DNA of 64,000 nt from a virus, in the IMG/VR virus record IMGVR_UViG_3300045988_170068; one strand, written 5' to 3'. Every line of letters begins with the position of its first letter. Positions within the stretch are counted from its first letter, which is position 1. The notes under the pieces were generated by a model that made no database searches, had not been told where the DNA came from, and worked only from the letters and a program-made list of their open reading frames with translations. The translations under genes and the position numbers were made by a program. Below, in pieces: positions 33,854-43,464 of this stretch.

Positions 33854-34948
33854 ATGGCATATACAACTGTATTATCAAACAAACAATCTACAGTAGGATC
33901 TCCTTATGTAATCTATACTGTTCAGCTTCAACCTTCATCGAGAACTGAATCAACGGTCAACATTGATTGTATAGTCACTCTGCACCTTTCAAGTAGTTCT
34001 TCTTATCTTGGCACAGGCCATGTGCTAACAGGATACATAACAATAAATGGTCAAATCTTTAGTATTGACTTAAAAGGTTGGAGTGAATCTTGGGATGGTA
34101 CAACAAATCATACAGCATCGACATCTTTTCAGGTAACTGGATTATCTTCTAGTACAACATCTTTGTCTTCTACATTTTCAGTTGCAAATTCTGGAGGCAA
34201 CGCAGGAACTTTGAATGAAACAGCGATGTCATCAATTTCAATTGGTTCCGGTAATTCAGCAAGCTTATTCAAAATACAATCTGATATATATGTAGGAGAT
34301 AAAATAACAGCTCACATTACATCATTATCAAGCACAAATTATCATCGTATTTCCATATCATATGAATCTAAATCAAACACCTTCACAACTAACGCATCAT
34401 CAGATTTTGTATGTAATTTTTCATCATCATTATTTAATTCTTGGTTCAGCTCTACAGTAAAAATGATTGAAGCAACTATGACATGCACAACATATTCATC
34501 AAATGGTAGCAACTTAGGAGCAGTTTCTCAAAAAGTTTATTTACATCTACATGAATATCAATATAAACCGTATGGAGGATCTGGAAAGGTTTCATCTGAA
34601 ACTAATACATCTTGCAGAATAGTTTTAACAACTCCAACATTTCAAAATTCTTCGTCATTTAGCAAATGGGAGATTTCGTGCTCATTAGGAAGCTGCTCTT
34701 CATTTAATAACACAATTAGTATAACAGGATTATCTGCATCTAATAATCAGACTGGAGTTTTAGTAGCAGTATGCGTTGATTCAAGAGGGTTTAGAAGTGA
34801 TCCAATTTATGTTCAGTACCACATAAGAAAAGCCGGTATTTGTGTATACAATGGAAATGTATATGTTCCAGCTACAAGTTACTTATATTTAAGTAAATGG
34901 GTCAAAGCAGATGGATACGCTTGGAATGGTTCTAAATATTTGAAATAA
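33854..34948 (+). CDS. S/T-rich fibre-accessory protein
   Basis: 364 aa. N-terminus VIYTVQLQPSSRTESTVNIDCIVTLHL resembles the N-terminus of 31463-32236. Confidence 0.5.
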   Translation: MAYTTVLSNKQSTVGSPYVIYTVQLQPSSRTESTVNIDCIVTLHLSSSSSYLGTGHVLTGYITINGQIFSIDLKGWSESWDGTTNHTASTSFQVTGLSSSTTSLSSTFSVANSGGNAGTLNETAMSSISIGSGNSASLFKIQSDIYVGDKITAHITSLSSTNYHRISISYESKSNTFTTNASSDFVCNFSSSLFNSWFSSTVKMIEATMTCTTYSSNGSNLGAVSQKVYLHLHEYQYKPYGGSGKVSSETNTSCRIVLTTPTFQNSSSFSKWEISCSLGSCSSFNNTISITGLSASNNQTGVLVAVCVDSRGFRSDPIYVQYHIRKAGICVYNGNVYVPATSYLYLSKWVKADGYAWNGSKYLK

Positions 34949-34952
34949 AAAA

Positions 34953-34986
34953 TGGCACACCAAAATAGGTGTGCCAATTTTTTTTT
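34953..34986 (+). terminator. rho-independent terminator
   Basis: TGGCACACC-AAAATA-GGTGTGCCA followed by a T-run of 9. Confidence 0.85.
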
Positions 34987-35238
34987 GATTACAGAAGATA
35001 TATTTGAAAAGAGAAATAACCTTCATCTGTATAGACATTTATCAGATACAAAACTTACTGATTGTTCTATCATAATAGAAATGATTTTTGCTTTTATGAT
35101 AGATCGCCTCCTCATTTCATTCTTTATGAAAAATTAAAAATAAAGTTAAGCTATGACATGAAAATACAAGAGATTTAGTTTAGGACCTTGTATACATTCA
35201 ACATGATGAAATTTACCTTATTTAGGAGGTTGAAATAA

Positions 35239-36867
35239 ATGCCTAGACAAATTTGGAATGAAGGCCGTGTACAAGGCTATTCTGCATACGAAATATATCT
35301 TAAACAAGCGCTTTCCGATGATCCTGATTTACAACCTGCTACTGAAAGAGAGTGGCTAGCTTCAAGTATAGCTTGCGGATCTTCTATGGTTGTTAAGATC
35401 CCAAAAACGAGCAACGATGCTGGATATTTAGATATCTCTCTTCCTGAAAATTCCAAGCTATGCGCAGCAAATGTAATATTTGCTAATTTATTTTTAGGTG
35501 ATTGCGAATACGATATTAACAGTTATTTTGCAAAACGGGTAATTAACTATGGATTCTGCATAAGCAACACATTAAACTTTCACCCTGATACAAACGGAAC
35601 GCAGATACCTACTACTGACGACGATATATCATTAGAAAGCGTTCTTTCCTATTCAGAGGCGTACAACAAGATAATTGATGGTGTAGTCATTCAACCAGGT
35701 AAATGGAAAGAAACAGGCGACGAAGCAGGGCAATATATGGACCTATCTCCGGATATGTCTAAATCGCCTTTCATAAGAATCTTCTATTCTGGAAAGATTG
35801 AATCTACTATACAGATAATGCTTACCGGGTTCACGATTAGATCTGTTATTTCGGGAGTTTGTGGACTAGACGGAAGCTATAATGCTACATCTCCTCAAGA
35901 TGGTACATTCTTGGGCCCAGCTCAGTTTCCTTGGGCAGCTAAAATAATTTTTAGCCAAAGCACTGCAACATCAATCTCTCTAAATATGTCAAATTACATA
36001 CGAAAAATAAAGGGGGAAAAAGCTGTTTCTAAATTAAGGGGTAAATCATTAGTTGATATGGAAACATGCGACCCAAGTATTTTCTATTCATCAAAACAGC
36101 CTGATGCAAAAATTGATTTTGATTCTTGCAGTCTTGACTCTCCTGACGGAAAAGGAAATATTCTAACAATCCATTCAAAATCAGACAAGTATTCTCCTGC
36201 AATATATGCAACTAGATATGATCCAGATAAGGAAAAGTCATTATCTCCTTTCAATGTTGTAGGTAAGGGAGCTGTTCAGATGTTTGACAATTCTACATCT
36301 GACGCTGATATGAAAGGATATGAGAAGACATATCCAGGTACATTCGCACTAAGACGAAAGGATGACGGATCTGTTGAAACTCTAAATGAAAACAATGATG
36401 TGATACCTGTTGCTAGAATAGATCACAAGGAGCTTTCCTATACAAATCTAGTTACAGATGACAAAAAAGCAAAGGGAGTAGTTACATCAGTCGGAAACAA
36501 AAAATCATTATCTGTTTCTTTATCGGATGATGAAACTGATAGTCAACTAACTATAGGTGATGACGGGACAAGCAACGTAAGCATTGGATCTACATCATTT
36601 AATAAGGGAGCAATGAATAAACTTTCTCCAAGTTCTTCAAATATCACACCGGCATACATCCTAGAAGCTATTGCAAATAACAAGTCAATTGATATACTAG
36701 GAGATAGAATGAAAGCTCTCAAGGCTGGATTAGCAAAAGAAACATCTGCAGGTAATGTAGGATACATTCAGTTACCTAATGGATTAAGATTATACATTTC
36801 AGCTACTAAACCAACTGCAACTGATGTTCCTATTGGATCTATTGGAATAGGCTGGACAGAGGAGTGA
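35239..36867 (+). CDS. tail-fibre-like structural protein
   Basis: N-terminus GRVQGYSAYEIYLKQ...EREWLAS (the G-SAYE-I..EW motif common in fibre N-termini). GGAGG upstream. Confidence 0.5.
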   Translation: MPRQIWNEGRVQGYSAYEIYLKQALSDDPDLQPATEREWLASSIACGSSMVVKIPKTSNDAGYLDISLPENSKLCAANVIFANLFLGDCEYDINSYFAKRVINYGFCISNTLNFHPDTNGTQIPTTDDDISLESVLSYSEAYNKIIDGVVIQPGKWKETGDEAGQYMDLSPDMSKSPFIRIFYSGKIESTIQIMLTGFTIRSVISGVCGLDGSYNATSPQDGTFLGPAQFPWAAKIIFSQSTATSISLNMSNYIRKIKGEKAVSKLRGKSLVDMETCDPSIFYSSKQPDAKIDFDSCSLDSPDGKGNILTIHSKSDKYSPAIYATRYDPDKEKSLSPFNVVGKGAVQMFDNSTSDADMKGYEKTYPGTFALRRKDDGSVETLNENNDVIPVARIDHKELSYTNLVTDDKKAKGVVTSVGNKKSLSVSLSDDETDSQLTIGDDGTSNVSIGSTSFNKGAMNKLSPSSSNITPAYILEAIANNKSIDILGDRMKALKAGLAKETSAGNVGYIQLPNGLRLYISATKPTATDVPIGSIGIGWTEE

Positions 36868-36871
36868 TACA

Positions 36872-38089
36872 ATGCCTCAGCTAAGTTATTCGTGGCATCA
36901 AGATGAGTGGTCTTACAGTGCAGAAGGTGTGCTAAAGAAAATAGGCACATTCACAAACAATACAAGCAAGAAGATAAAGATTTCTTCGGTTGAATTGTAT
37001 CTTGGAACGCTTAGAGGCTATGTAAACTCTGGAACAGTATTTACAGGTAACGGAGGTTCAATAGATACTTACATCCAACTCGGTGGTAATGAATCAGATA
37101 CTAAAACTGTTTCAACTGTATGCGGAACTGGAGGTAGTGGAGATAACGTATGGGCTGATACAAACAGCTGCCAAAAATACACTTTCTCTATTTCTCCAAT
37201 AACACTATCAGTTGGGTCATCTGCTGATCTATATATAATGACTCCTTCTCTTCCTGAAGGGAGTACCGGAAAAGTTCTTGTTATGCAGAAGTCTACCGGT
37301 AGAGCAAATTATGAAGAAGTACAAGATACATTTACTATAACATACAATGCTAATGGATATGGAACAGCTCCTTCGTCACAAACAGGACAGCTACCTTTGA
37401 CAATAAAGTCAGGTCCAACGGGCTATGACCAAGATTTGTATCTATTTAATCATTGGAACACAAAGTCAGACGGTACAGGTACAACATATACTGCTGGATC
37501 ATTATACAACGTTCAATCAAATATTACACTGTATGCAACATGGAGTTATGGATCTTGTTATTTAGCGAACGGAGGAATAATTTATCAGTCACCAGGGCTC
37601 CAATACCCAGAAGGAGCTTCGTTTGAGAAAGACATAACATGGTCAACCGCCTACACTAGAAAAGTCTTCATACCTTCAAATGATGTTTGGCAAGTAGATT
37701 TCAATCAAGAAGAAACAGGTGAAATTTTTCAATACTGGGCAGATAGGTCAGACGGATCCGGTAATAAGTACTATCCTGGAGATCAATATACTATAAGCGG
37801 CGGTCATAAGTTTTACGCTGTATCAAATTTACCTAGTTACACTGTCAAATGGTTTGATGGATATACAGATAAAGTACTGAAAACTATGACAGTAAAGCAG
37901 GGAACTACAATACCAAAATCTGACTATCCTTCAGAACCTGTTAGACAAGGATACAAATTTGCTGGATGGTACGGAGATACAACAAATATTAGAGGAAATT
38001 TGAATGTTATCGCTATGTGGGGAGAATCTCCTGTTTGGATAATGACAACAGATGGATGGAAGAAATACATACCAAAGGAGAAGAAGTGA
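36872..38089 (+). CDS. structural protein with Listeria-Bacteroides (Flg_new-type) repeats
   Basis: FTITYNANGYG..LFNHWNTKSDGTGTTYTAGS..ITLYATW and YTVKWFDGYTD..RQGYKFAGWYGD..NLNVIAMW. Confidence 0.6.
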   Translation: MPQLSYSWHQDEWSYSAEGVLKKIGTFTNNTSKKIKISSVELYLGTLRGYVNSGTVFTGNGGSIDTYIQLGGNESDTKTVSTVCGTGGSGDNVWADTNSCQKYTFSISPITLSVGSSADLYIMTPSLPEGSTGKVLVMQKSTGRANYEEVQDTFTITYNANGYGTAPSSQTGQLPLTIKSGPTGYDQDLYLFNHWNTKSDGTGTTYTAGSLYNVQSNITLYATWSYGSCYLANGGIIYQSPGLQYPEGASFEKDITWSTAYTRKVFIPSNDVWQVDFNQEETGEIFQYWADRSDGSGNKYYPGDQYTISGGHKFYAVSNLPSYTVKWFDGYTDKVLKTMTVKQGTTIPKSDYPSEPVRQGYKFAGWYGDTTNIRGNLNVIAMWGESPVWIMTTDGWKKYIPKEKK

Positions 38090-38093
38090 TTTT

Positions 38094-38855
38094 ATGGGAT
38101 GGGAATACTACAACGGAAAACCACAATTCTATTCATATCCTAACTATGTATTCAATACTGGTGCGAGCAAAGTATATTTGAAAAACGGAGTAGATTCTGG
38201 GACTGGGTCGCTTCATTATTGGTCATGGCAGACAGGCTCACTTTTCAAAGGTCATGATATCGTTATAAAATATACAAACGATACAGAAGGCGCTATAAGA
38301 TTAAAAAGCTACAGCATAAAGACAACAGCTTGTGATTCAGGTGGATTAAGCTACTGGGCTTGGGGAGGATTAGTTGAAACACCGTGTGTGGGATATGGAG
38401 GAACTTACTACACATATGTTAATGTAACAAATGACAACGGAAAGACATACGAAAGTTCATCTGTTGTGAATGTGAGTGTTCCAAATCTTTCAAAAACAAA
38501 TATGAACTACAGAGGAAGCGATGCCACGCACAGTGCATCATTTGGAAACCCTCCTCAATATCCTGAAGGTCAACCTGGTGGCATGACAGGAAGAGTATTT
38601 GAATTAACTGATTGCCCTGCAATTCAGCCAGGCGGATACGCCTATGTTCACCTTGGAGTTGGGCATTTCAACGACCCTGCAACTGATCCAATATCTACGG
38701 TTATACGATTCAAGATGGATCCAGGTGAAATGGAAGTAATTGCAGAGCCTGCGGAAAATCCTGTTATCTGGAGATTTAGTGAAGACAAAGATTGGCACCT
38801 AGTTAAAACACTATTTAAGATGACTTCGTCAGGTTGGAAGCAGATAGATAATTGA
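38094..38855 (+). CDS. structural-module hypothetical protein
   Basis: ATG 38094 follows AAGGAGAAGAAG. The track start at 38052 overlaps the upstream gene. Confidence 0.5.
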   Translation: MGWEYYNGKPQFYSYPNYVFNTGASKVYLKNGVDSGTGSLHYWSWQTGSLFKGHDIVIKYTNDTEGAIRLKSYSIKTTACDSGGLSYWAWGGLVETPCVGYGGTYYTYVNVTNDNGKTYESSSVVNVSVPNLSKTNMNYRGSDATHSASFGNPPQYPEGQPGGMTGRVFELTDCPAIQPGGYAYVHLGVGHFNDPATDPISTVIRFKMDPGEMEVIAEPAENPVIWRFSEDKDWHLVKTLFKMTSSGWKQIDN

Positions 38856-38864
38856 GGTGATCAA

Positions 38865-39275
38865 ATGAAAATAGAATGTAAATCTAATCAACCATTATCA
38901 GCAAATCAACAAGTAAATAGATTAGGAAAATTTCTATATAAACATATTGATGGAGCTTTCAACTATAAGAAATCATCAAATATGTATGATTTATACATGA
39001 CAATATTGTATCAACTTCCGGTAGAAAAACAAGATGAGTCAAAAGGAAAAGAACACAATGATCTTCATGAAATGACTCTTGATATCAACATTACAACCTA
39101 CATGAATAAGGTTCGTGTAAATGTAATTGAAATGACTCCCGAAGAAAAGACAATTGGATATGATTTATATGAACCTGAAAAACTTGAAGATTTAGTGAAA
39201 GCAAGTGAAACCATATTGAAAAAGATTCACAGAAGAATATCTAGAGAATTCAGAGAGTATGATTTCTTATTTTAA
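38865..39275 (+). CDS. hypothetical protein
   Basis: 136-aa ORF with GAGGTGA upstream. Confidence 0.5.
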   Translation: MKIECKSNQPLSANQQVNRLGKFLYKHIDGAFNYKKSSNMYDLYMTILYQLPVEKQDESKGKEHNDLHEMTLDINITTYMNKVRVNVIEMTPEEKTIGYDLYEPEKLEDLVKASETILKKIHRRISREFREYDFLF

Positions 39276-39363
39276 TTGAACCGTTATTGTATTTGAATAA
39301 TCGGATGAATCAGATGTAGAAGGAGATGCAAATACTTAATCATCATGTCTGTTGATATATCTG

Positions 39364-39416
39364 ACCTGTGTTTTGTAAATTTCCTGAAATCCACAGGTAA
39401 AACAAAAATAAAGGAG
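39364..39416 (+). promoter_or_regulatory. riboswitch-like SD-sequestering pseudoknot, copy 1 (upstream of yhhQ-like gene)
   Basis: P1 is ACCTGTG/CACAGGT. 21-nt loop TTTTGTAAATTTCCTGAAATC. A-rich tail TAAAACAAAAATAAAGGAG. Loop TTCCT can pair with the SD AGGAG. Confidence 0.45.
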
Positions 39417-39426
39417 TAGCATACAT

Positions 39427-40176
39427 ATGAATAAACTAAAACAAATCATTGTGACAGAAGCAAAGGACTACAAAATCCTTCTAAGAAACGCTCCAACTGT
39501 TACAATGATTTTCTTTACCCTCAGCGTAGTTCTGATGAACATTTTTGCATCAAAAGAACTGCTAAATATTGAATACCTTGCTCTTGACTGTGGATTCCTT
39601 CTGTCTTGGATGAGTTTCCTTTGCATGGATATGCTTACAAAGAGGTTTGGAGCAAGAGCAGCAATCAAGCTATCTCTTTTCGCTGTATTCATGAATCTTA
39701 TTTGCTCTGGAATCTTCTTTTTTGTTTCTAGAATTGGAAACAACTGGAGTGTATTTTATAACTTCAATGATAGCATCGCTAATGATGCAGTGAATGGAGT
39801 ATTCGGTGGAACATGGTATGTACTAGTAGGATCTATGACTGCATTCATCGTTTCCGCTATTGTAAATGCTATCATAAACGATGGAATCGGAAAGCTTATA
39901 AAGAAGAAAAATTTCTTTGAATATGCAATGAGATCATATTTTTCTACAGCTATCGGTCAATTTGTAGACAACTTTGTTTTTGCTACAATTGTTTCCAAAG
40001 TTTTCTTTGAGTGGACATGGACTCAAGTTGTGTTTTGCTCGATTGCAGGCGCAGCAGCTGAGCTTCTTTCCGAGGTTGTATTCAGCCCTGTAGGATTCAA
40101 AGTTTGCAAGCGATGGGAAAAGGAAGAAGTAGGAAAAGAATATATTGATTTTACTAAGGAGGCTGCTAAGACTTGA
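39427..40176 (+). CDS. yhhQ: YhhQ/VUT-family queuosine-precursor transporter-like membrane protein
   Basis: Polytopic membrane protein of about 250 aa. FLCMDMLTKRFGARAA resembles the YhhQ D..tE.yG...A motif. Sits within the que genes. Confidence 0.55.
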   Translation: MNKLKQIIVTEAKDYKILLRNAPTVTMIFFTLSVVLMNIFASKELLNIEYLALDCGFLLSWMSFLCMDMLTKRFGARAAIKLSLFAVFMNLICSGIFFFVSRIGNNWSVFYNFNDSIANDAVNGVFGGTWYVLVGSMTAFIVSAIVNAIINDGIGKLIKKKNFFEYAMRSYFSTAIGQFVDNFVFATIVSKVFFEWTWTQVVFCSIAGAAAELLSEVVFSPVGFKVCKRWEKEEVGKEYIDFTKEAAKT

Positions 40177-40844
40177 TTGTAATTGTTACAGGTTCTTCTA
40201 ACGGTATTGGTCGAGAAACAGCTAAGAAATTTCTTGACAGTGGGGACATTGTGCACGGAATTGACATTAGTCCTGAATATGATAAGGAGTATCTACAAAC
40301 TAAAGTAGGAAGATATTTCCATCATGTAGCAGATGTAGGAAAGTTTGAACAGCTTCCTACCCTCTATGATCCAGCTATTCTCGTCAATAACGCAGGTAGG
40401 CAAAATGGTCCGAATGATATTGAAACAAATTTGATTGGTGTAATGAACTGCACTAAGAAATATGCACTTTCAAACAGAAAGATTAAATCAGTTGTAAATC
40501 TTGCATCTGTATCAGCTCACAATGGATGCGAATTTCCTGAATACACTGCATCAAAGGGCGGAGTCTTATCCTATACTGTTTGGACAGCCAAACAAATTGC
40601 AAAATATCAAGCAACTTGCAACAGCATCTCTTTTGGTGGTGTAGAAACTGAATTGAACGCACAAGTCATGAATGATAAAGAAAAATGGAAAGATATCATG
40701 AGGATGACTCCACTAAAGAAATGGGCGAGTGCAAAAGAAGCAGCAGATTGGATCTACTTTGTTGCAAAAGTAAACAAGTCTATGTCAGGACAAGATATCA
40801 TAATTGATAATCTTGAGATGCTAAATCATAGATTTGTCTGGTGA
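40173..40844 (+). CDS. short-chain dehydrogenase/reductase
   Basis: VTGSSNGIGRE (TGxxxGxG), NNAG and the catalytic YTASK (YxxxK). TTG start overlaps the upstream stop. Confidence 0.75.
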   Translation: MIVIVTGSSNGIGRETAKKFLDSGDIVHGIDISPEYDKEYLQTKVGRYFHHVADVGKFEQLPTLYDPAILVNNAGRQNGPNDIETNLIGVMNCTKKYALSNRKIKSVVNLASVSAHNGCEFPEYTASKGGVLSYTVWTAKQIAKYQATCNSISFGGVETELNAQVMNDKEKWKDIMRMTPLKKWASAKEAADWIYFVAKVNKSMSGQDIIIDNLEMLNHRFVW

Positions 40845-40853
40845 AGTATTCAA

Positions 40854-40906
40854 AGAGAGTTTTGTATTCCTTTGAAACCCTCTCTGAAAATAAAAATAAC
40901 AAGGAG
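40854..40906 (+). promoter_or_regulatory. riboswitch-like SD-sequestering pseudoknot, copy 2 (upstream of queF)
   Basis: P1 is AGAGAG/CTCTCT. 20-nt loop TTTTGTATTCCTTTGAAACC. Tail GAAAATAAAAATAACAAGGAG. The loop is homologous to copy 1 and the stem covaries. Confidence 0.45.
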
Positions 40907-40915
40907 TAATACACA

Positions 40916-41434
40916 ATGTCTGAATCAAACAAATCAAGGACAGCTGAAGAGCTGTCTGGAGTAACTCTACTTGGCAACAATAACACCAAGTATAGCTGCG
41001 ACTACAATCCAGAAGTTCTAGAAACATTTGTAAACAAACATCCTGACAACGATTATGTTGTAACATTTGATGCATATGAATTTACATCAAAGTGTCCAAA
41101 AACAGGTCAGCCTGATTTCGCAAAAGTTGTAATTAGCTACATTCCTGACGATAGAATGGTTGAAAGCAAGTCCCTTAAACTTTATCTCTTCTCTTTCCGA
41201 AATCATGGAGATTTTCATGAAGACTGCATGAACATTATCATGAAAGACTTGATAAAGCTTATGGATCCAAAGTACATTGAAGTGAAGGGTATTTTCTCTC
41301 CCAGGGGTGGTATATCGATCTTTCCTTTCGTAAACTATGCAAATCCAAAATTCAATTATCAGGATTTTGCAAAATCTAGAATGCTTGATGCACTTAGAGA
41401 TGCAAGCAACAGAAAAGTAAGATACGACATGTAA
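40916..41434 (+). CDS. queF: NADPH-dependent 7-cyano-7-deazaguanine (preQ0) reductase
   Basis: [14 protein letters not shown] (catalytic Cys) and the QueF motif ESKSLKLYL. Unimodular YkvM type. Confidence 0.85.
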   Translation: MSESNKSRTAEELSGVTLLGNNNTKYSCDYNPEVLETFVNKHPDNDYVVTFDAYEFTSKCPKTGQPDFAKVVISYIPDDRMVESKSLKLYLFSFRNHGDFHEDCMNIIMKDLIKLMDPKYIEVKGIFSPRGGISIFPFVNYANPKFNYQDFAKSRMLDALRDASNRKVRYDM

Positions 41435-41448
41435 TCATAGGAGGAAAT

Positions 41449-42330
41449 ATGGATGAAAATTGGGTAAGAATTCCAGGATATGAAAATTTTTATCTGATAT
41501 CTTCAATTGGAAGAATAAGAAGCCTTCCTAGAAATATCGTAGCTAAAGATGGAAGGCGAATAAGTTTTCATGAAAGAATTTTGAAACAATCATTAGACGA
41601 AGATGGATATCTAAATATAAGCTTAACAGATGAACATGGTCAAACAAAGCAATACAGAGTGTCTAGATTAGTTGCAATGACATTTATACCTAACCCAGAT
41701 AATCTACCTATTGTTAATCACTTAGATGGAAATAAGCAGAATAACAATGTAGATAACTTAGAATGGTGTACCGTTAGGCGAAATAATTTCCATGCTTATG
41801 AAACAGGACTAAATAAAACAAATGTACCTGTTCCTGTAACTTGTCTAGATAATATGATGAAGTTTGAGTCATATTCTGAAGCAGCTAGATATGTAGGCTG
41901 TGACATAGGAAATATAATTGAATCAATAGAAATGAAATCTTGTTGCAAAAATAGATTATGCTTCTGCAAAACTTCTGAAATTCCAGATGATATAGAAAAG
42001 TATCTATTTCTTGCAAGAAGAAAATATGATAACAACAAAGTTGCGTACAGATCTGAAATAAAATGTTTAGATTCCGGAGAAGTTTATAAAAGTATTGCAG
42101 ACTTCGCAAGACAAATAGAAGGAAAGGCTGGATATATCCAGGAATGTATAGCAAAGAAAAGGCTGTACAAAGGAAAATGTTATGTAAGGACAGAAGATGT
42201 TAGAAAATACCAATGGAATGAAACAGAGTATTGTAGATGGGTGCATGAAAGAAAATTAGCTAACTCTAGAAGAGACTATCGTTATTTAGAAAGGCTTGAT
42301 GAATATGGAAAACAAAAGAAATTTATGTAA
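41449..42330 (+). CDS. HNH homing endonuclease (NUMOD4 + HNH_3 type) with two C-terminal DNA-binding repeats
   Basis: WVRIPGYENFYLISSIGRIRS. VNHLDGNKQNNNVDNLEW. Repeats VTCLDNMMKFESYSEAARYVG and IKCLDSGEVYKSIADFARQIE. Confidence 0.8.
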   Translation: MDENWVRIPGYENFYLISSIGRIRSLPRNIVAKDGRRISFHERILKQSLDEDGYLNISLTDEHGQTKQYRVSRLVAMTFIPNPDNLPIVNHLDGNKQNNNVDNLEWCTVRRNNFHAYETGLNKTNVPVPVTCLDNMMKFESYSEAARYVGCDIGNIIESIEMKSCCKNRLCFCKTSEIPDDIEKYLFLARRKYDNNKVAYRSEIKCLDSGEVYKSIADFARQIEGKAGYIQECIAKKRLYKGKCYVRTEDVRKYQWNETEYCRWVHERKLANSRRDYRYLERLDEYGKQKKFM

Positions 42331-43021
42331 GAAAGCACTTGTGCTCTCGTCAGGGGGTGTGGACTCAACTACTTGCGTAGGTATCGCTGTAAAAGATGTA
42401 GGTTCGGAAAATGTGAGTACTGTTTCTGTCTTTTATGGCCAGAAACATAATAAGGAACTTGAATGTGCTGACAAAGTTGCAGAATTCTACAATGTAAAGC
42501 ATTATGTTCTTGACCTGTCCAATGTTCTTCAGTACAGCAATTGTTCTTTGATGAAGAACAGCACGGAAGACATTCCTATGATGAGTTATGCAGAACAGAT
42601 TGAGAAGAACGGTGAAGGCAAAGTTTCTACCTATGTTCCCTTTAGAAACGGCTTGATGCTATCTGCAGTAGCTGCGCTGGCTCAGTCTATTTATCCCGAT
42701 GACGATGTAGATATCTACTTAGGTGCTCATGCGGACGATGCAGCTGGCAGAGCTTATGCAGATTGTAGTGAAGAATTTACTTCTGCAATGAATACAGCTA
42801 TTGTAATTGGCACATATGGTAAAGTTAGAGTAGTTGCGCCGCTTGTTAATCTAAATAAAGCAGGAGTAGTCAAGCTTGGCTTATCTATTGATGTACCTTA
42901 CAAATACACATGGAGTTGTTATTCAGGCGGAGATAAGCCTTGCGGACATTGTGGTACTTGCATTGATAGGGCTAAAGCATTTGAAGCAAACGGAATTTCC
43001 GATCCGGCTTTGGAGGACTAA
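42299..43021 (+). CDS. queC: 7-cyano-7-deazaguanine synthase
   Basis: PP-loop LSSGGVDST and C-terminal Zn site CGHCGTCIDR. The start overlaps the HNH gene by about 30 nt. Confidence 0.9.
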   Translation: MNMENKRNLCKKALVLSSGGVDSTTCVGIAVKDVGSENVSTVSVFYGQKHNKELECADKVAEFYNVKHYVLDLSNVLQYSNCSLMKNSTEDIPMMSYAEQIEKNGEGKVSTYVPFRNGLMLSAVAALAQSIYPDDDVDIYLGAHADDAAGRAYADCSEEFTSAMNTAIVIGTYGKVRVVAPLVNLNKAGVVKLGLSIDVPYKYTWSCYSGGDKPCGHCGTCIDRAKAFEANGISDPALED

Positions 43022-43024
43022 AAT

Positions 43025-43462
43025 ATGTATGCGGTTAAGACAAAAGTTTCATTTGAAGCTGCTCATCGTTTATACAATGTAGACACTTATTCATCCGAAT
43101 GTAGAGATAATCTTCACGGCCATTCGTACAAAGTTGAAGTTCTTGTTGGTGTAAATGATTTGAATAACGCTGGAATGGTCATTGATTTCAAACTTCTGAA
43201 GAAGATAATCAAGGATGTAATTGAAGACAAATACGATCATTCTTGCATTCTTCGAAATAGCGACCCTATTGCAAAGGTGGTTAAAGAAAACTGTAAGAAG
43301 GTTATCATTGTTGACAACAGTCCCACAGCTGAATGGATGGCTAAAGAGTTCTATGAAATGATTCAATCTAGAATGAACACATTTTCTTCTGATTTACATG
43401 TTATTTCAGTAGGAGTACAAGAAACAGAAAATAACATTGGATATTATCTTCCGGAGGAGTAA
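43025..43462 (+). CDS. queD: 6-carboxy-5,6,7,8-tetrahydropterin synthase
   Basis: FEAAHRL...HGHSYKVEV...GMVIDF...DHSCIL. Confidence 0.85.
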   Translation: MYAVKTKVSFEAAHRLYNVDTYSSECRDNLHGHSYKVEVLVGVNDLNNAGMVIDFKLLKKIIKDVIEDKYDHSCILRNSDPIAKVVKENCKKVIIVDNSPTAEWMAKEFYEMIQSRMNTFSSDLHVISVGVQETENNIGYYLPEE

Positions 43463-43464
43463 AT

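Noticed and set aside
34952-35137. 61-aa ORF after the fibre-accessory gene.
   Set aside because: Its first codons are the stem of a strong terminator and there is no SD.
23700-38900. Diversity-generating retroelement, suggested by the Mtd-like fibre N-termini.
   Set aside because: There is no reverse transcriptase and I found no template/variable repeat pair.
39364-40906. Calling the two leader elements bona fide class I preQ1 riboswitches.
   Set aside because: Loop length (20-21 nt) and loop sequence do not fit the class I consensus as I remember it. I report them only as riboswitch-like candidates.
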